Source: Heptranchias perlo (Eukaryota). From it: a DNA stretch of 64,000 nucleotides. The stretch's first letter is position 1. Every line of letters begins with the position of its first letter. The stretch spans positions 1 through 64,000 of the forward strand of contig NW_027139605.1 of the NCBI RefSeq assembly GCF_035084215.1, given 5' to 3'. Shown piece after piece: positions 1-10,700 of the stretch. The notes under the pieces were generated by a model. The model was not told the DNA's origin. It worked only from the letters and a program-made list of their open reading frames with translations, and did not search any database. Made by a program: the position numbers and the translations under genes.

Positions 1-410
1 TGGGGTTCATGCCCTGATCTCTCTCTCTCTGGGGTTGGTGTTTTGGGGTTCATGCCCTGATCTCTCTCTCTCTGGGGTTGGTGTTTTGGGGTTCATGCCC
101 TGATCTCTCTCTCTGGGGTTGGTGTTTTGGGGTTCATGCCCTGATCTCTCTCTCTCTGGGGTTGGTGTTTTGGGGTTCATGCCCTGATCTCTCTCTCTGG
201 GGTTGGTGTTTTGGGGTTCATGCCCTGATCTCTCTCTCTGGGGTTGGTGTTTTGGGGTTCATGCCCTGATCTCTCTCTCTCTCTGGGTTGGTGTTTTGGG
301 GTTCATGCCCTGATCTCTCTCTCTCTCGGTTGGTGTTTTGGGGTTCATGCCCTGATCTCTCTCTCTCTGGGTTGGTGTTTTGGGGTTCATGCCCTGATCT
401 CTCTCTCTCT
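1..410 (+). repeat. Intron 1 minisatellite, ~40-44 bp unit (TGGGGTTCATGCCCTGATC(TC)nTGGGGTTGGTGTTT)
   Basis: About 10 visible tandem copies with a variable TC run; runs off the window start. Confidence 0.95.
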
Positions 411-419
411 GTGTTTCAG

Positions 420-680
420 GCTCTCACTCTCTCCGGTATTTTTATACCTCAATGACCCCGATCCCTGGTTTTCCGGACTTTGTTGTTGTCGGTTATGTGG
501 ACGAGGCCCAGTTTGTTGAATATAACAGCGAGCGGAGGACGATGATCCCGCGGCAGCGCTGGATGGAGGAGCGTGAGGGGCCCGAGTACTGGGAACGGGA
601 CACACGGAATGTGCGGGGCGCGGAACGCATGGGGAAAGTCAATATTCAGACCCTCTCGACCCGGACCAACCAATCGGGCG
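420..680 (+). CDS. UAA: MHC class I exon 2 (alpha1 domain)
   Basis: Acceptor tgtttcag at 419, donor G|GTGAGT at 681. Translation (G)SHSLRYFYTSMTPIPGFPDFVVVGYVDEAQFVEYNSE...GPEYWERDT...IQTLSTRTNQSG; contains Y7, Y59, R84 and the N86 NQS glycosylation sequon. Confidence 0.96.
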
Positions 681-699
681 GTGAGTCCTCGGCTTCATC

Positions 700-950
700 C
701 GGGGCCCGGGGGGGGGGCGGGGTCCGGGGCAGGTCGCACCCCCCCCCCCCGGCCGTTCGAGCAGCCAATGGGGAGCGTCCTTACATCGGCCGTTTCTCTC
801 GGGCTCACCGATTGGCTCCTCGACAGGGTCTGGGATTCTGACCCCGCCCCCACATTCGGCCGACATTTAATCAGTTTAAAGGGGAAGTTCCCCCCATCGG
901 CCGCGAAGCTCGAGATCATCAACGGCGTTCGCGGGGGTCCTTTAAATACA
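700..950. promoter_or_regulatory. CpG-rich intron 2 element with two opposed CCAAT boxes, a GC box, a kappaB-like site and a TATA-like motif
   Basis: CAGCCAATG (CCAAT 765-769), CGATTGGCT (ATTGG 811-815), CCCCGCCCCC 842-851, GGGAAGTTCC 882-891 (fits GGGRNNYYCC), TTTAAATA 941-948. Confidence 0.45.
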
Positions 951-1082
951 CAGAGCGGGGTCTGAAGATGTCATCGATTAGAGGGCGGTCTGAGGGGAGG
1001 TGTCAGGGCGGTCCGGGGGGGAGAGGGGTGGTGCGGCCTAGGGAGGAGGGGGTCGAGGATCACTCCGCAGTATTCCTTCACT

Positions 1083-1475
1083 CTGACCCCTGACCCTGGG
1101 CGGGGGGTGTGGGTCTGACCCCTGACCCTGGGTGGGTGTTGTGGGTCTGACCCCTGACCCTGGGTGGGTGTTGTGGGTCTGACCCCTGACCCTGGGTGGG
1201 GGGTGTGGGTCTGACCCCTGACCTGGGCGGGGGGTGTGGGTCTGACCCCTGACCCTGGGCGGGGGGTGTGGGTCTGACCCCTGACCCTGGGCGGGGGGTG
1301 TGGGTCTGACCCCTGACCCTGGGCGGGGGGTGTGGGTCTGACCCCTGACCCTGGGCGGGGGGTGTGGGTCTGACCCCTGACCCTGGGTGGGGGGTGTGGG
1401 TCTGACCCCTGACCCTGGGTGGGGGGTGTGGGTCTGACCCCTGACCCTGGGTGGGGGGTGTGGGTCTGACTGACC
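1083..1475 (+). repeat. Intron 2 minisatellite, ~32 bp unit (CTGACCCCTGACCCTGGGYGGGGGGTGTGGGT)
   Basis: About 12 tandem copies directly visible. Confidence 0.95.
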
Positions 1476-1494
1476 CCCTGTGTTTGATTGACAG

Positions 1495-1767
1495 GAATCC
1501 ACACGTATCAGGTGATGTACGGCTGTGAGCTGGGGGATGATGGGACCACGAGAGGGTTCGAGCAGCACGCCTGGGACGGGGAGGATTTGATCAACTTCGA
1601 TAAGGATCAGATGGTGTGGGTAACACCGGTACAGTGGGGAGAGATCACCAAGAACAAGTGGGACCAGGAAAAGGCCATGAACCAGCAGAGGAAGGGATAC
1701 CTGGAGGAGGAGTGCATCGAGTGGCTGAGGAAATACCTCGAGTACGGAAAGAGGGAACTGAGGGCCG
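1495..1767 (+). CDS. UAA: MHC class I exon 3 (alpha2 domain)
   Basis: Acceptor ttgacag at 1494, donor CCG|GTGAGT at 1768. GIHTYQVMYGCELG...AWDGEDLINFD...ITKNKWD...KGYLEEECIEWLRKYLEYG; contains C101/C164, T143, K146, W147, Y159, W167, Y171. Confidence 0.97.
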
Positions 1768-4700
1768 GTGAGTGAGGGGGGAGTGAGAGTCGGTGAGTGA
1801 GGGGGGGAACTGAGAGTCGGTGAGTGAGGGGGGAGTGAGAGTCGGTGAGTGAGGGGGGAGTGAGAGTCGGTGAGTGAGGGGGGAGTGAAGAGTCGGTGAG
1901 TGAGGGGGGGAGTGAGAGTCGGTGAGTGAGGGGGGAGTGAGAGTCGGTGAGAGAGGGGGGAGTGAAGAGTCGGTGAGAGAGGGGGGAGTGAACAGTCGGT
2001 GAGTGAGGGGGGGAGTGAGAGTCGGTGAGTGAGGGGGGAGTGAAGAGTCGGTGAGAGAGGGGGGAGTGAAGAGTCGGTGAGAGAGGGGGGAGTGAAGAGT
2101 CGGTGAGTGAGGGGGGGAGTGAGAGTCGGTGAGTGAGGGTGGGAGTGAGAGTCGGTGAGTGAGGGGGGGAGTGAGAGTCGGTGAGTGAGGGGGGAGTGAG
2201 AGTCGGTGAGAGAGGGGGGAGTGAAGAGTCGGTGAGAGAGGGGGGAGTGAACAGTCGGTGAGTGAGGGGGGGAGTGAGAGTCGGTGAGTGAGGGGGGAGT
2301 GAAGAGTCGGTGAGAGAGGGGGGAGTGAAGAGTCGGTGAGTGAGGGGGGGAGTGAGAGTCGGTGAGTGAGGGTGGGAGTGAGAGTCGGTGAGTGAGGGGG
2401 GGAGTGAGAGTCGGTGAGAGAGGGGGGAGTGAAGAGTCGGTGAGAGAGGGGGGAGTGAAGAGTCGGTGAGTGAGGGGGGGAGTGAGAGTCGGTGAGTGAG
2501 GGGGGGAGTGAGAGTCGGTGAGTGAGGGGGGAGTGAGAGTCGGTGAGTGAGGGGGGAGTGAAGAGTCGGTGAGAGAGGGGGGAGTGAAGAGTCGGTGAGA
2601 GAGGGGTGAGTGAAGAGTCGGTGAGTGAGGGGGGGAGTGAGAGTCGGTGAGTGAGGGGGGAGTGAAGAGTCGGTGAGAGAGGGGGGAGTGAAGAGTCGGT
2701 GAGTGAGGGGGGGAGTGAAGAGTCGGTGAGTGAGGGGGGGAGTGAAGAGTCGGTGAGTGAGGGGGGGAGTGAGAGTCGGTGAGTGAGGGTGGGAGTGAGA
2801 GTCGGTGAGTGAGGGGGGGAGTGAGAGTCGGTGAGAGAGGGGGGAGTGAAGAGTCGGTGAGAGAGGGGGGAGTGAAGAGTCGGTGAGTGAGGGGGGGAGT
2901 GAGAGTCGGTGAGTGAGGGGGGGAGTGAGAGTCGGTGAGTGAGGGGGGGAGTGAGAGTCGGTGAGTGAGGGGGGGACTGAGAGTCGGTGAGTGGGGGGGG
3001 AGTGAGAGTCGGTGAGTGAGGGTGGGAGTGAGAGTCGGTGAGTGAGGGTGGGAGTGAGAGTCGGTGAGTGAGGGTGGGAGTGAGAGTCGGTGAGTGAGGG
3101 TGGGAGTGAGAGTCGGTGATTGAGGGGGGAGGGTGGGTGAGTGAGGGAGGGGGAGTGAGAGTCGGTGAGTGAGTGAGGAGGGAGGGGGAGTGAGAGTCGG
3201 TGAGTGAATGGGGCGTGAGAGTCGGGGGGGGGGCGTGAGAGTCGGGGGGGGCGTGAGAGTCGGGGGGGGAGGGGTGAGACTCGGTGAGTGAGGGGGGGAG
3301 TGAGGGGGGAGGGTGAGTGAGGGGGGAGGGGGAGTGAGAGTCGGTGAGTGAGGGGGGGAGTGAGGGTCGGTGAGTGAGGGGGGAGGGGGAGTGAGGGTCG
3401 GTGAGTGAGGGTCGGTGAGTGAGGGGGGGGTGTGAGGGTCGGTGAGTGAGGGGGGAGGGGGAGTGAGGGTCGGGGAGTGAGGGTCGGGGAGTGAGGGGGG
3501 AGTGAGAGTCGGTGAGTGAGGGGGGAGTGAGAGTCGGGGGGGGAAGGGGTGAGAGTCGGGGGGGGAGGGGTGAGAGTCGGTGGGGGAGGGGGGGAGTGAG
3601 GGTCGGTGAGTGAGTGAGGGTCGGTGAATGAGGGTCGGTGAGTGAGGGGGGGGAGTCAGGGTCGGTGAGTGAGGGGGGGGAGTGAGGGTCGGTGAGTGAG
3701 GGTCGGTGAGTGAGGGGGAGGGGGAGTGAGGGGGTGAGTGAGGGTCGGTGAGTGAGGGGGGGAGTGAGGGTCGGTGAGTGAGGGGGGAGTGAGAGTCGGT
3801 GAGTGAGGGGGAGGGGGAGTGAGAGCAGGGGAGGGGTGAGAGTCAGTGAGTGAGGGGGGAGTGAGAGTCGACGGGGGAGGGATGAGAGTCGGTGACTGAG
3901 GGGGGAGGGGGAGTGAGAGTCGGTGAGTGAGGGGGGGGAGTGAGGGTCGGTGAGGGGGGGAGTGAGAGTCGGTGAGTGAGGGGGGAGTGAGAGTCGGTGA
4001 GTGAGGGGGGAGCGAAGAGTCGGTGAGTGAGGGGGGGAGTGAGAGTCGGTGAGTGAGGGGGGAGTGAAGAGTCGGTGAGTGAGGAGGGAGTGAAGAGTCG
4101 CTGAGTGAGGGTGGGAGTGAGAGTCGGTGAGAGAGGGGGGGAGTGAGAGGGGGGGAGTGAGAGTCGGTGAGTGAGGGGGGGAGTGAGAGTCGGTGAGTGA
4201 GGGTGGGAGTGAGAGTCGGTGAGTGAGGGGGGAGGGTGGGTGAGTGAGGGAGGGGGAGTGAGAGTCGGTGAGTGAGTGAGGAGGGAGGGGGAGTGAGAGT
4301 CGGTGAGTGAATGGGGCGTGAGAGTCGGGGGGGGCGTGACAGTCGGGGGGGCGTGAGAGTCGGGGTGGGAGGGGTGAGACTCGGTGAGTGAGGGTCGGTG
4401 AGTGAGGGGGGAGTGAGGGTCGGTGAGTGAGGGGAGGGGGAGTGAGGGTCGGTGAGTGAGGGGGGGAGTGAGGGTCGGTGAGTGAGGGGGGGCAGTGAGG
4501 GTCGGTGAGTGAAGGGGGAGGGGGAGTGAGGGTCGGGGAGTGAGGGTCGGGGAGTGAGGATCGGGGAGTGAGGGTCGGGGAGTGAGGGTCGGGGAGTGAG
4601 AGTCGGGGGGGAGGGGTGAGAGTCGGTGGGGGAGGGGGAGTGAGGGTCGGTGAGTGAGGGGGGGGAGTGAGGGTCGGTGAGTGAGGGGGGGAGTGAGGGT

Positions 4701-7700
4701 CGGTGAGTAAGTGGGGGGAGTGAGGGTCGGTGAGTGAGGGGGGGGAGTGAGAGTCGGTGAGTGAGGGGGGTGAGTGAGGGTTGGTGAGTGAGGGTCGGTG
4801 AGTGAGGGTCGGTGAGTGAGGGTCGGTGAGTGAGGGGGGGGAGTGAGGGTCGGTGAGTGAGGGTCGGTGAGTGAGGGGGGGGAGTGAGGGTCGGTGAGTG
4901 AGGGGGGGGAGTGAGGGTCGGTGAGTGAGGGGGGAGGGGGAGTGAGGGTCGGGGAGTGAGGGTCGGGGAGTGAGGGTCGGGGAGTGAGAGTCGGTGGGGG
5001 AGGGGGGGAGTGAGGGTCGGTGAGTGAGTGGGGGGGAGTGAGGGTCGGTGAGTGAGGGGGGGGGAGTGAGGGTCGGTGAGTGAGGGGGGAGTGAGGGTCG
5101 GTGAGTGAGTGGGGGGAGTGAGGGTCGGTGAGTGAGGGGGCGGGGAGTGAGAGTCGGTGAGTGAGGGGGGGGAGTGAGGGTTGGTGAGTGAGGGTCGGTG
5201 AGTGAGGGGGGGGAGTCAGGGTCGGTGAGTGAGGGGGGGGAGTGAGGGTCGGTGAGTGAGGGTCGGTGAGTGAGGGGGGGGAGTGAGGGTCGGTGAGTGA
5301 GGGGGGGGAGTGAGGGTCGGTGAGTGAGGGTCGGTGAGTGAGGGGGGTGAGTGAGGGTCGGTGAGTGAGGGTCGGTGAGTGTGGGGGGGGAGTGAGGGTC
5401 GGTGAGTGTGGGGGGGAGTGAGAGTCGGTGAGTGAGTGGGGGGAGTGAGGGTCGGTGAGTGAGGGGGGGGGAGTGAGAGTCGGTGAGTGAGGGGGGGGGA
5501 GTGAGGGTTGGTGAGTGAGGGGGGGGAGTGAGGGGGGGGAGTGAGGGGGGGGAGTGAGGGTCGGTGAGTGAGGGGGGTGAGTGAGGGTCGGTGAGTGAGG
5601 GGGGGAGTGAGGGTCGGTGAGTGAGGGGGGTGAGTGAGGGTCGGTGAGTGAGGGGGCAGAGTGAGGGTCGGTGAGTGGGGGGGGAGTGAGAGTCGGTGAG
5701 TGAGGGGGGGAGTGAGAGTCGGTGAGTGAGGGTGGGAGTGAGAGTCGGTGAGTGAGGGTGGGAGTGAGAGTCGGTGATTGAGGGGGGAGGGTGGGTGAGT
5801 GAGGGAGGGGGAGTGAGAGTCGGTGAGTGAGTGAGGAGGGAGGGGGAGTGAGAGTCGGTGAGTGAATGGGGCGTGAGAGTCGGGGGGGGGGGGCGTGAGA
5901 GTCGGGGGGGGCGTGAGAGTCGGGGGGGAGGGGTGAGACTCGGTGAGTGAGGGGGGGAGTGAGGGGGAGGGTGAGTGAGGGGGGAGGGGGAGTGAGGGTC
6001 GGTGAGTGAGGGGGGAGGGGGAGTGAGGGTCGGTGAGTGAGGGTCGGTGAGTGAGGGTCGGTGAGTGAGGGGGGGAGTGAGGGTCGGGGAGTGAGGGGGA
6101 GTGAGAGTCGGTGAGTGAGGGGGGAGTGAGAGTCGGGGGGGGAAGGGGTGAGAGTCGGGGGGGGAGGGGTGAGAGTCGGTGGGGGAGGGGGGGGAGTGAG
6201 GGTCGGTGAGTGAGTGAGGGTCGGTGAGTGAGGGTCGGTGAGTGAGGGGGGGGAGTCAGGGTCGGTGAGTGAGGGTCGGTGAGTGAGGGTCGGTGAGTGA
6301 GGGTCGGTGAGTGAGTGAGGGGGGGAGTGAGGGTCGGGGAGTGAGGGGGGGAGTGAGGGTCGATGAGTGAGGGGGGAGTGAGAGTCGGTGAGTGAGGGGG
6401 AGGGGGAGTGAGAGTCGGGGAGGGGTGAGAGTCAGTGAGTGAGGGGGGAGTGAGAGTCGACGGGGGAGGGATGAGAGTCGGTGAGTGAGGGGGGAGGGGG
6501 AGTGAGAGTCGGTGAGTGAGGGGGGGGAGTGAGGGTCGGTGAGGGGGGGAGTGAGAGTCGGTGAGTGAGGGGGGAGTGAGAGTCGGTGAGTGAGGGGGGA
6601 GGGGGAGTGAGAGTCGGTGAGTGAGGGGGGGGAGTGAGGGTCGGTGAGGGGGGGAGTGAGAGTCGGTGAGTGAGGGGGGAGTGAGAGTCGGTGAGTGAGG
6701 GGGGGAGTGACAGTCGGTGAGTGAGGGTGGGAGTGAGAGTCGGTGAGTGAGGGGGGAGGGTGGGTGAGTGAGGGAGGGGGAGTGAGAGTCGGTGAGTGAG
6801 TGAGGAGGGAGGGGGAGTGAGAGTCGGTGAGTGAGTGAGGAGGGAGGGGGAGTGAGAGTCGGTGAGTGAGGGGGTGAGGGGGGAGGGTGAGTGAGGGGGG
6901 AGGGTGAGTGAGGGGGGAGGGTGAGTGAGGGGGGAGGGTGAGTGAGGGTCGGTGAGTGAGGGGGGAGTGAGGGTCGGTGAGTGAGGGGGAGGGGGAGTGA
7001 GGGTCGGTGAGTGAGGGTCGGTGAGTGAGGGGGGGAGTGAGGGTCGGTGAGTGAGGGTCGGTGAGTGAGGGTCGGGGAGTGAGGGTCGGGGAGTGAGGGT
7101 TGGGGAGTGAGGGTCGGGGAGTGAGAGTCGGGGGGGAAGGGGTGAGAGTCGGGGGGGAGGGGTGAGAGTCGGTGGGGGAGGGGGGGGAGTGAGGGTCGGT
7201 GAGTGAGGGGGGCAGTGAGGGTCGGTGAGTGAGGGGGGGGAGTGAGGGTCGGTGAGTGAGTGGGGGGAGTGAGGGTCGGTGAGTGAGGGGGGGGAGTGAG
7301 GGTCGGTGAGTGAGGGTCGGTGAGTGAGGGGGGGGAGTCAGGGTCGGTGAGTGAGGGGGGGAGTGAGGGTCGGTGAGTGAGGGTCGGTGAGTGAGGGGGG
7401 GAGTGAGGGTCGGTGAGTGAGGGGGGGGAGTGAGGGTCGGTGAGTGTGGGGAGGGAGTGAGGGTCGGTGAGTGAGGGGGGAGGGGGAGTGAGGGTCGGGG
7501 AGTGAGGGTCGGGGAGTGAGGGTCGGTGAGTGAGGGGGGGAGTGAGGTCGGTGAGTGAGAGTCGGTGAGTGAGGGGGAGGGGGAGTGAGAGTCGGGGAGG
7601 GGTGAGAGTCAGTGAGTGAGGGGGGGAGTGAGAGTCGAGGGGGGAGGGATGAGAGTCGGTGAGTGAGGGGGGAGGGGGAGTTAGGGTCGGTGAGTGAGGG

Positions 7701-10700
7701 GGGAGGGGGAGTGAGGGTCGGTGAGTGAGGGGGGAGGGGGAGTGAGAGTCGGTGGGGGAGGGGGAGTGAGGGTCGGTGAGTGAGGGGGGAGTGAGAGTCG
7801 GTGAGTGAGGGGGGGAGTTAGAGTCGGTGAGTGAGGGGGGGAGTGAGGGGGAGTGAGAGTCGGTGAGTGAGGGGGGAGTGAGAGTCGGTGAGTGAGGGGG
7901 GGAGTGAGGGGGAGTGAGGGTCGGTGAGTGAGGGGGGAGTGAGGGTCGGTGAGTGAGGGGGGAGTGAGAGTCGGTGAGTGAGGGGGAGGGGGAGTGAGAG
8001 TCGGGGAGGGGTGAGAGTCGGTGAGTGAGGGGGGAGTGAGAGTCGGTGAGTGAGGGGGGGGAGTGAGGGTCGGTGAGTGAGGGTCGGTGAGTGAGGGGGG
8101 AGGGGGAGTGAGGGGGTGAGTGAGGGTCGGTGAGTGAGGGGGGGAGTGAGGGTCGATGAGTGAGGGGGGAGTGAGAGTCGGTGAGTGAGGGGGAGGGGGA
8201 GTGAGAGTCGGGGAGGGGTGAGAGTCAGTGAGTGAGGGGGGAGTGAGAGTCGACGGGGGAGGGATGAGAGTCGGTGAGTGAGGGGGGAGGGGGAGTGAGA
8301 GTCGGTGAGTGAGGGGGGGGAGTGAGGGTCGGTGAGGGGGGAGTGAGAGTTGGTGAGTGAGGGGGGAGTGAGAGTCGGTGAGTGAGGGTGGGAGTGAGAG
8401 TCGGTGAGTGAGGGTGGGAGTGAGAGTCGGTGAGTGAGGGTGGGAGTGAGAGTCGGTGAGTGAGGGGGGAGGGTGGGTGAGTGAGGGAGGGGGAGTGAGA
8501 GTCGGTGAGTGAGTGAGGAGGGAGGGGGAGTGAGAGTCGGTGAGTGAGTGAGGAGGGAGGGGGAGTGAGAGTCGGTGAGTGAATGGGGCGTGAGAGTCGG
8601 GGGGGAGGGGTGAGACTCGGTGAGTGAGGGGGTGAGTGAGGGGGGAGGGTGAGTGAGGGGGGAGGGTGAGTGAGGGTCGGTGAGTGAGGGGGGAGTGAGG
8701 GTCGGTGAGTGAGGGGGAGGGGGAGTGAGGGTCGGTGAGTGAGGGTCGGTGAGTGAGGGTCGGTGAGTGAGGGTCGGTGAGTGAGGGGGGAGGGGGAGTG
8801 AGGGTCGGGGAGTGAGGGTCGGGGGGGAAGGGGTGAGAGTCGGGGGGGAGGAGTGAGGGTCGGTGAGTGAGGGGGGGGAGTGAGGGTCGGTGAGTGAGGG
8901 GGGGAGTGAGGGTCGGTGAGTGAGGGTCGGTGAGTGAGGGGGGGGAGTGAGGGTCGGTGAGTCAGGGTCGGTGAGTGAGGGGGGGGAGTGAGGGTCGGTG
9001 AGTGAGGGTCGGTGAGTGAGGGGGGGGAGTGAGGGTCGGTGAGTGGGGGGGGGAGTGAGGGTCGGTGAGTGTGGGGAGGGAGTGAGGGTCGGTGAGTGAG
9101 GGGGGAGGGGAGTGAGGGTCGGTGAGTGAGGGGGAGTGAGAGTCGGTGAGTGAGGGGGAGGGGGAGTGAGAGTCGGGGAGGGGTGAGAGTCAGTGAGTGA
9201 GGGGGGAGTGAGAGTCAGGGGGGGAGTGAGAGTCGAGGGGGGAGGGATGAGAGTCGGTGAGTGAGGGGGGTTTGGGAGTGAGGGTCGGTGAGTGAGGGGG
9301 GAGGGGGAGTGAGGGTCGGTGAGTGAGGGGGAGGGGGAGTGAGAGTCGGTGAGTGAGGGGGGAGGGGGAGTGAGGGTCGGTGAGTGAGGGGGAGTGAGGG
9401 TCGGTGAGTGAGGGGGGAGTGAGAGTCGGTGAGTGAGGGGGGGAGTTAGAGTCGGTGAGTGAGGGGGGGAGTGAGAGTCGGTGAGTGAGGGGGGAGTGAG
9501 AGTCGGTGAGTGAGGGGGGGAGTGAGGGTCGGTGAGTGAGGGGGGGAGTGAGGGTCGGTGAGTGAGGGGGGAGTGAGGGTCGGTGAGTGAGGGGGAGTGA
9601 GGGTCGGTGAGTGAGGGGGGAGTGAGGGTCGGTGAGTGAGGGGGGAGTGAGAGTCGGTGAGTGAGGGGGAGGGGGATTGAGAGTCGGGGAGGGGTGAGAG
9701 TCGGTGAGTGAGGGGGGAGTGAGAGTCGGTGAGTTAGGGGGGAGTGAGAGTCAGGGGGAGTGAGAGTCGAGGGGGAGGGATGAGAGTCGGTGAGTGAGGG
9801 GGGAGGGGTAGTGAGAGTCGGTGAGTGAGGGGGGGAGTGAGAGTCGGTGAGTGAGGGGGGGGGAGTGAGGGTCGGTGAGTGAGGGGGGAGTGAGAGTCGG
9901 TGAGTGAGGGGGGAGGGGGAGTGAGGGGGGGGAGGGGGGTGAGAGTCGAGGGGTGAGGGTCGGTGAGTGAGGTTCGGTGAGTGAGGGGGAGGGGGAGTGA
10001 GGGTCGGTGAGTGAGGGGGAGGGGGAGTGAGGGTCGGTGAGTGAGGGTCGGTGAGTGAGGGGGGAGGGGGAGTGAGAGTCGGTGAGTGAGGGGGGAGTGA
10101 GATTCGGGGGGAGGGGTGAGAGTCGGTGAGTGAGGGGGGGAGTGAGAGTCGGTGAGTGAGGGGGGGGAGTGAGAGTCGGTGAGTGAGGGGGGGAGTGAGA
10201 GTCGGTGAGTGAGGGGGGGGAGTGAGAGTCGGTGAGTGAGGGGGGGAGTGAGAGTCGGTGAGTGAGGGGTGAGTGAGAGTCGGTGAGTGAGGGGGGAGGG
10301 GGAGTGAGCGTCGGTGAGTGAGGGGGGAGTGAGAGTCGGGGGGGGAGGGGTGAGGGTCGGTGAGTGAGGGTCGGGGAGTGAGAGTCGGTGAGTGAGGGGG
10401 GAGTGAGTCGGGGGGGGAGGGGTGAGAGTCGGGGGGGGGAGGGGTGAGAGTCGGGGGGGGAGGGGTGAGAGTCGGTGGGGGAGGGTGAGAGTCGGTGAGT
10501 GATGGGGGGAGTGAGGGTCGGGGAGTTAGGGTCGGGGAGTGAGGGGGGGTGAGTGAGGGGGGGTGAGTGAGGGTCGGGGAGTGAGGGTCGGGGAGTGAGG
10601 GTCGGTGAGTGAGGGGGGAAGTGAGGGTCGGTGAGTGAGGGGGGGAGTGAGGGTCGGTGAGTGAGGGGGGAGTGAGAGTCGCGGGGGGGGAGTGAGAGTC

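Noticed and set aside
452-841. ORF-track starts and ends for class I segments (452..841, 1488..1775, 15590..16645) as stand-alone genes
   Set aside because: They are exons read past splice sites; the true boundaries are set by the GT-AG signals given above.
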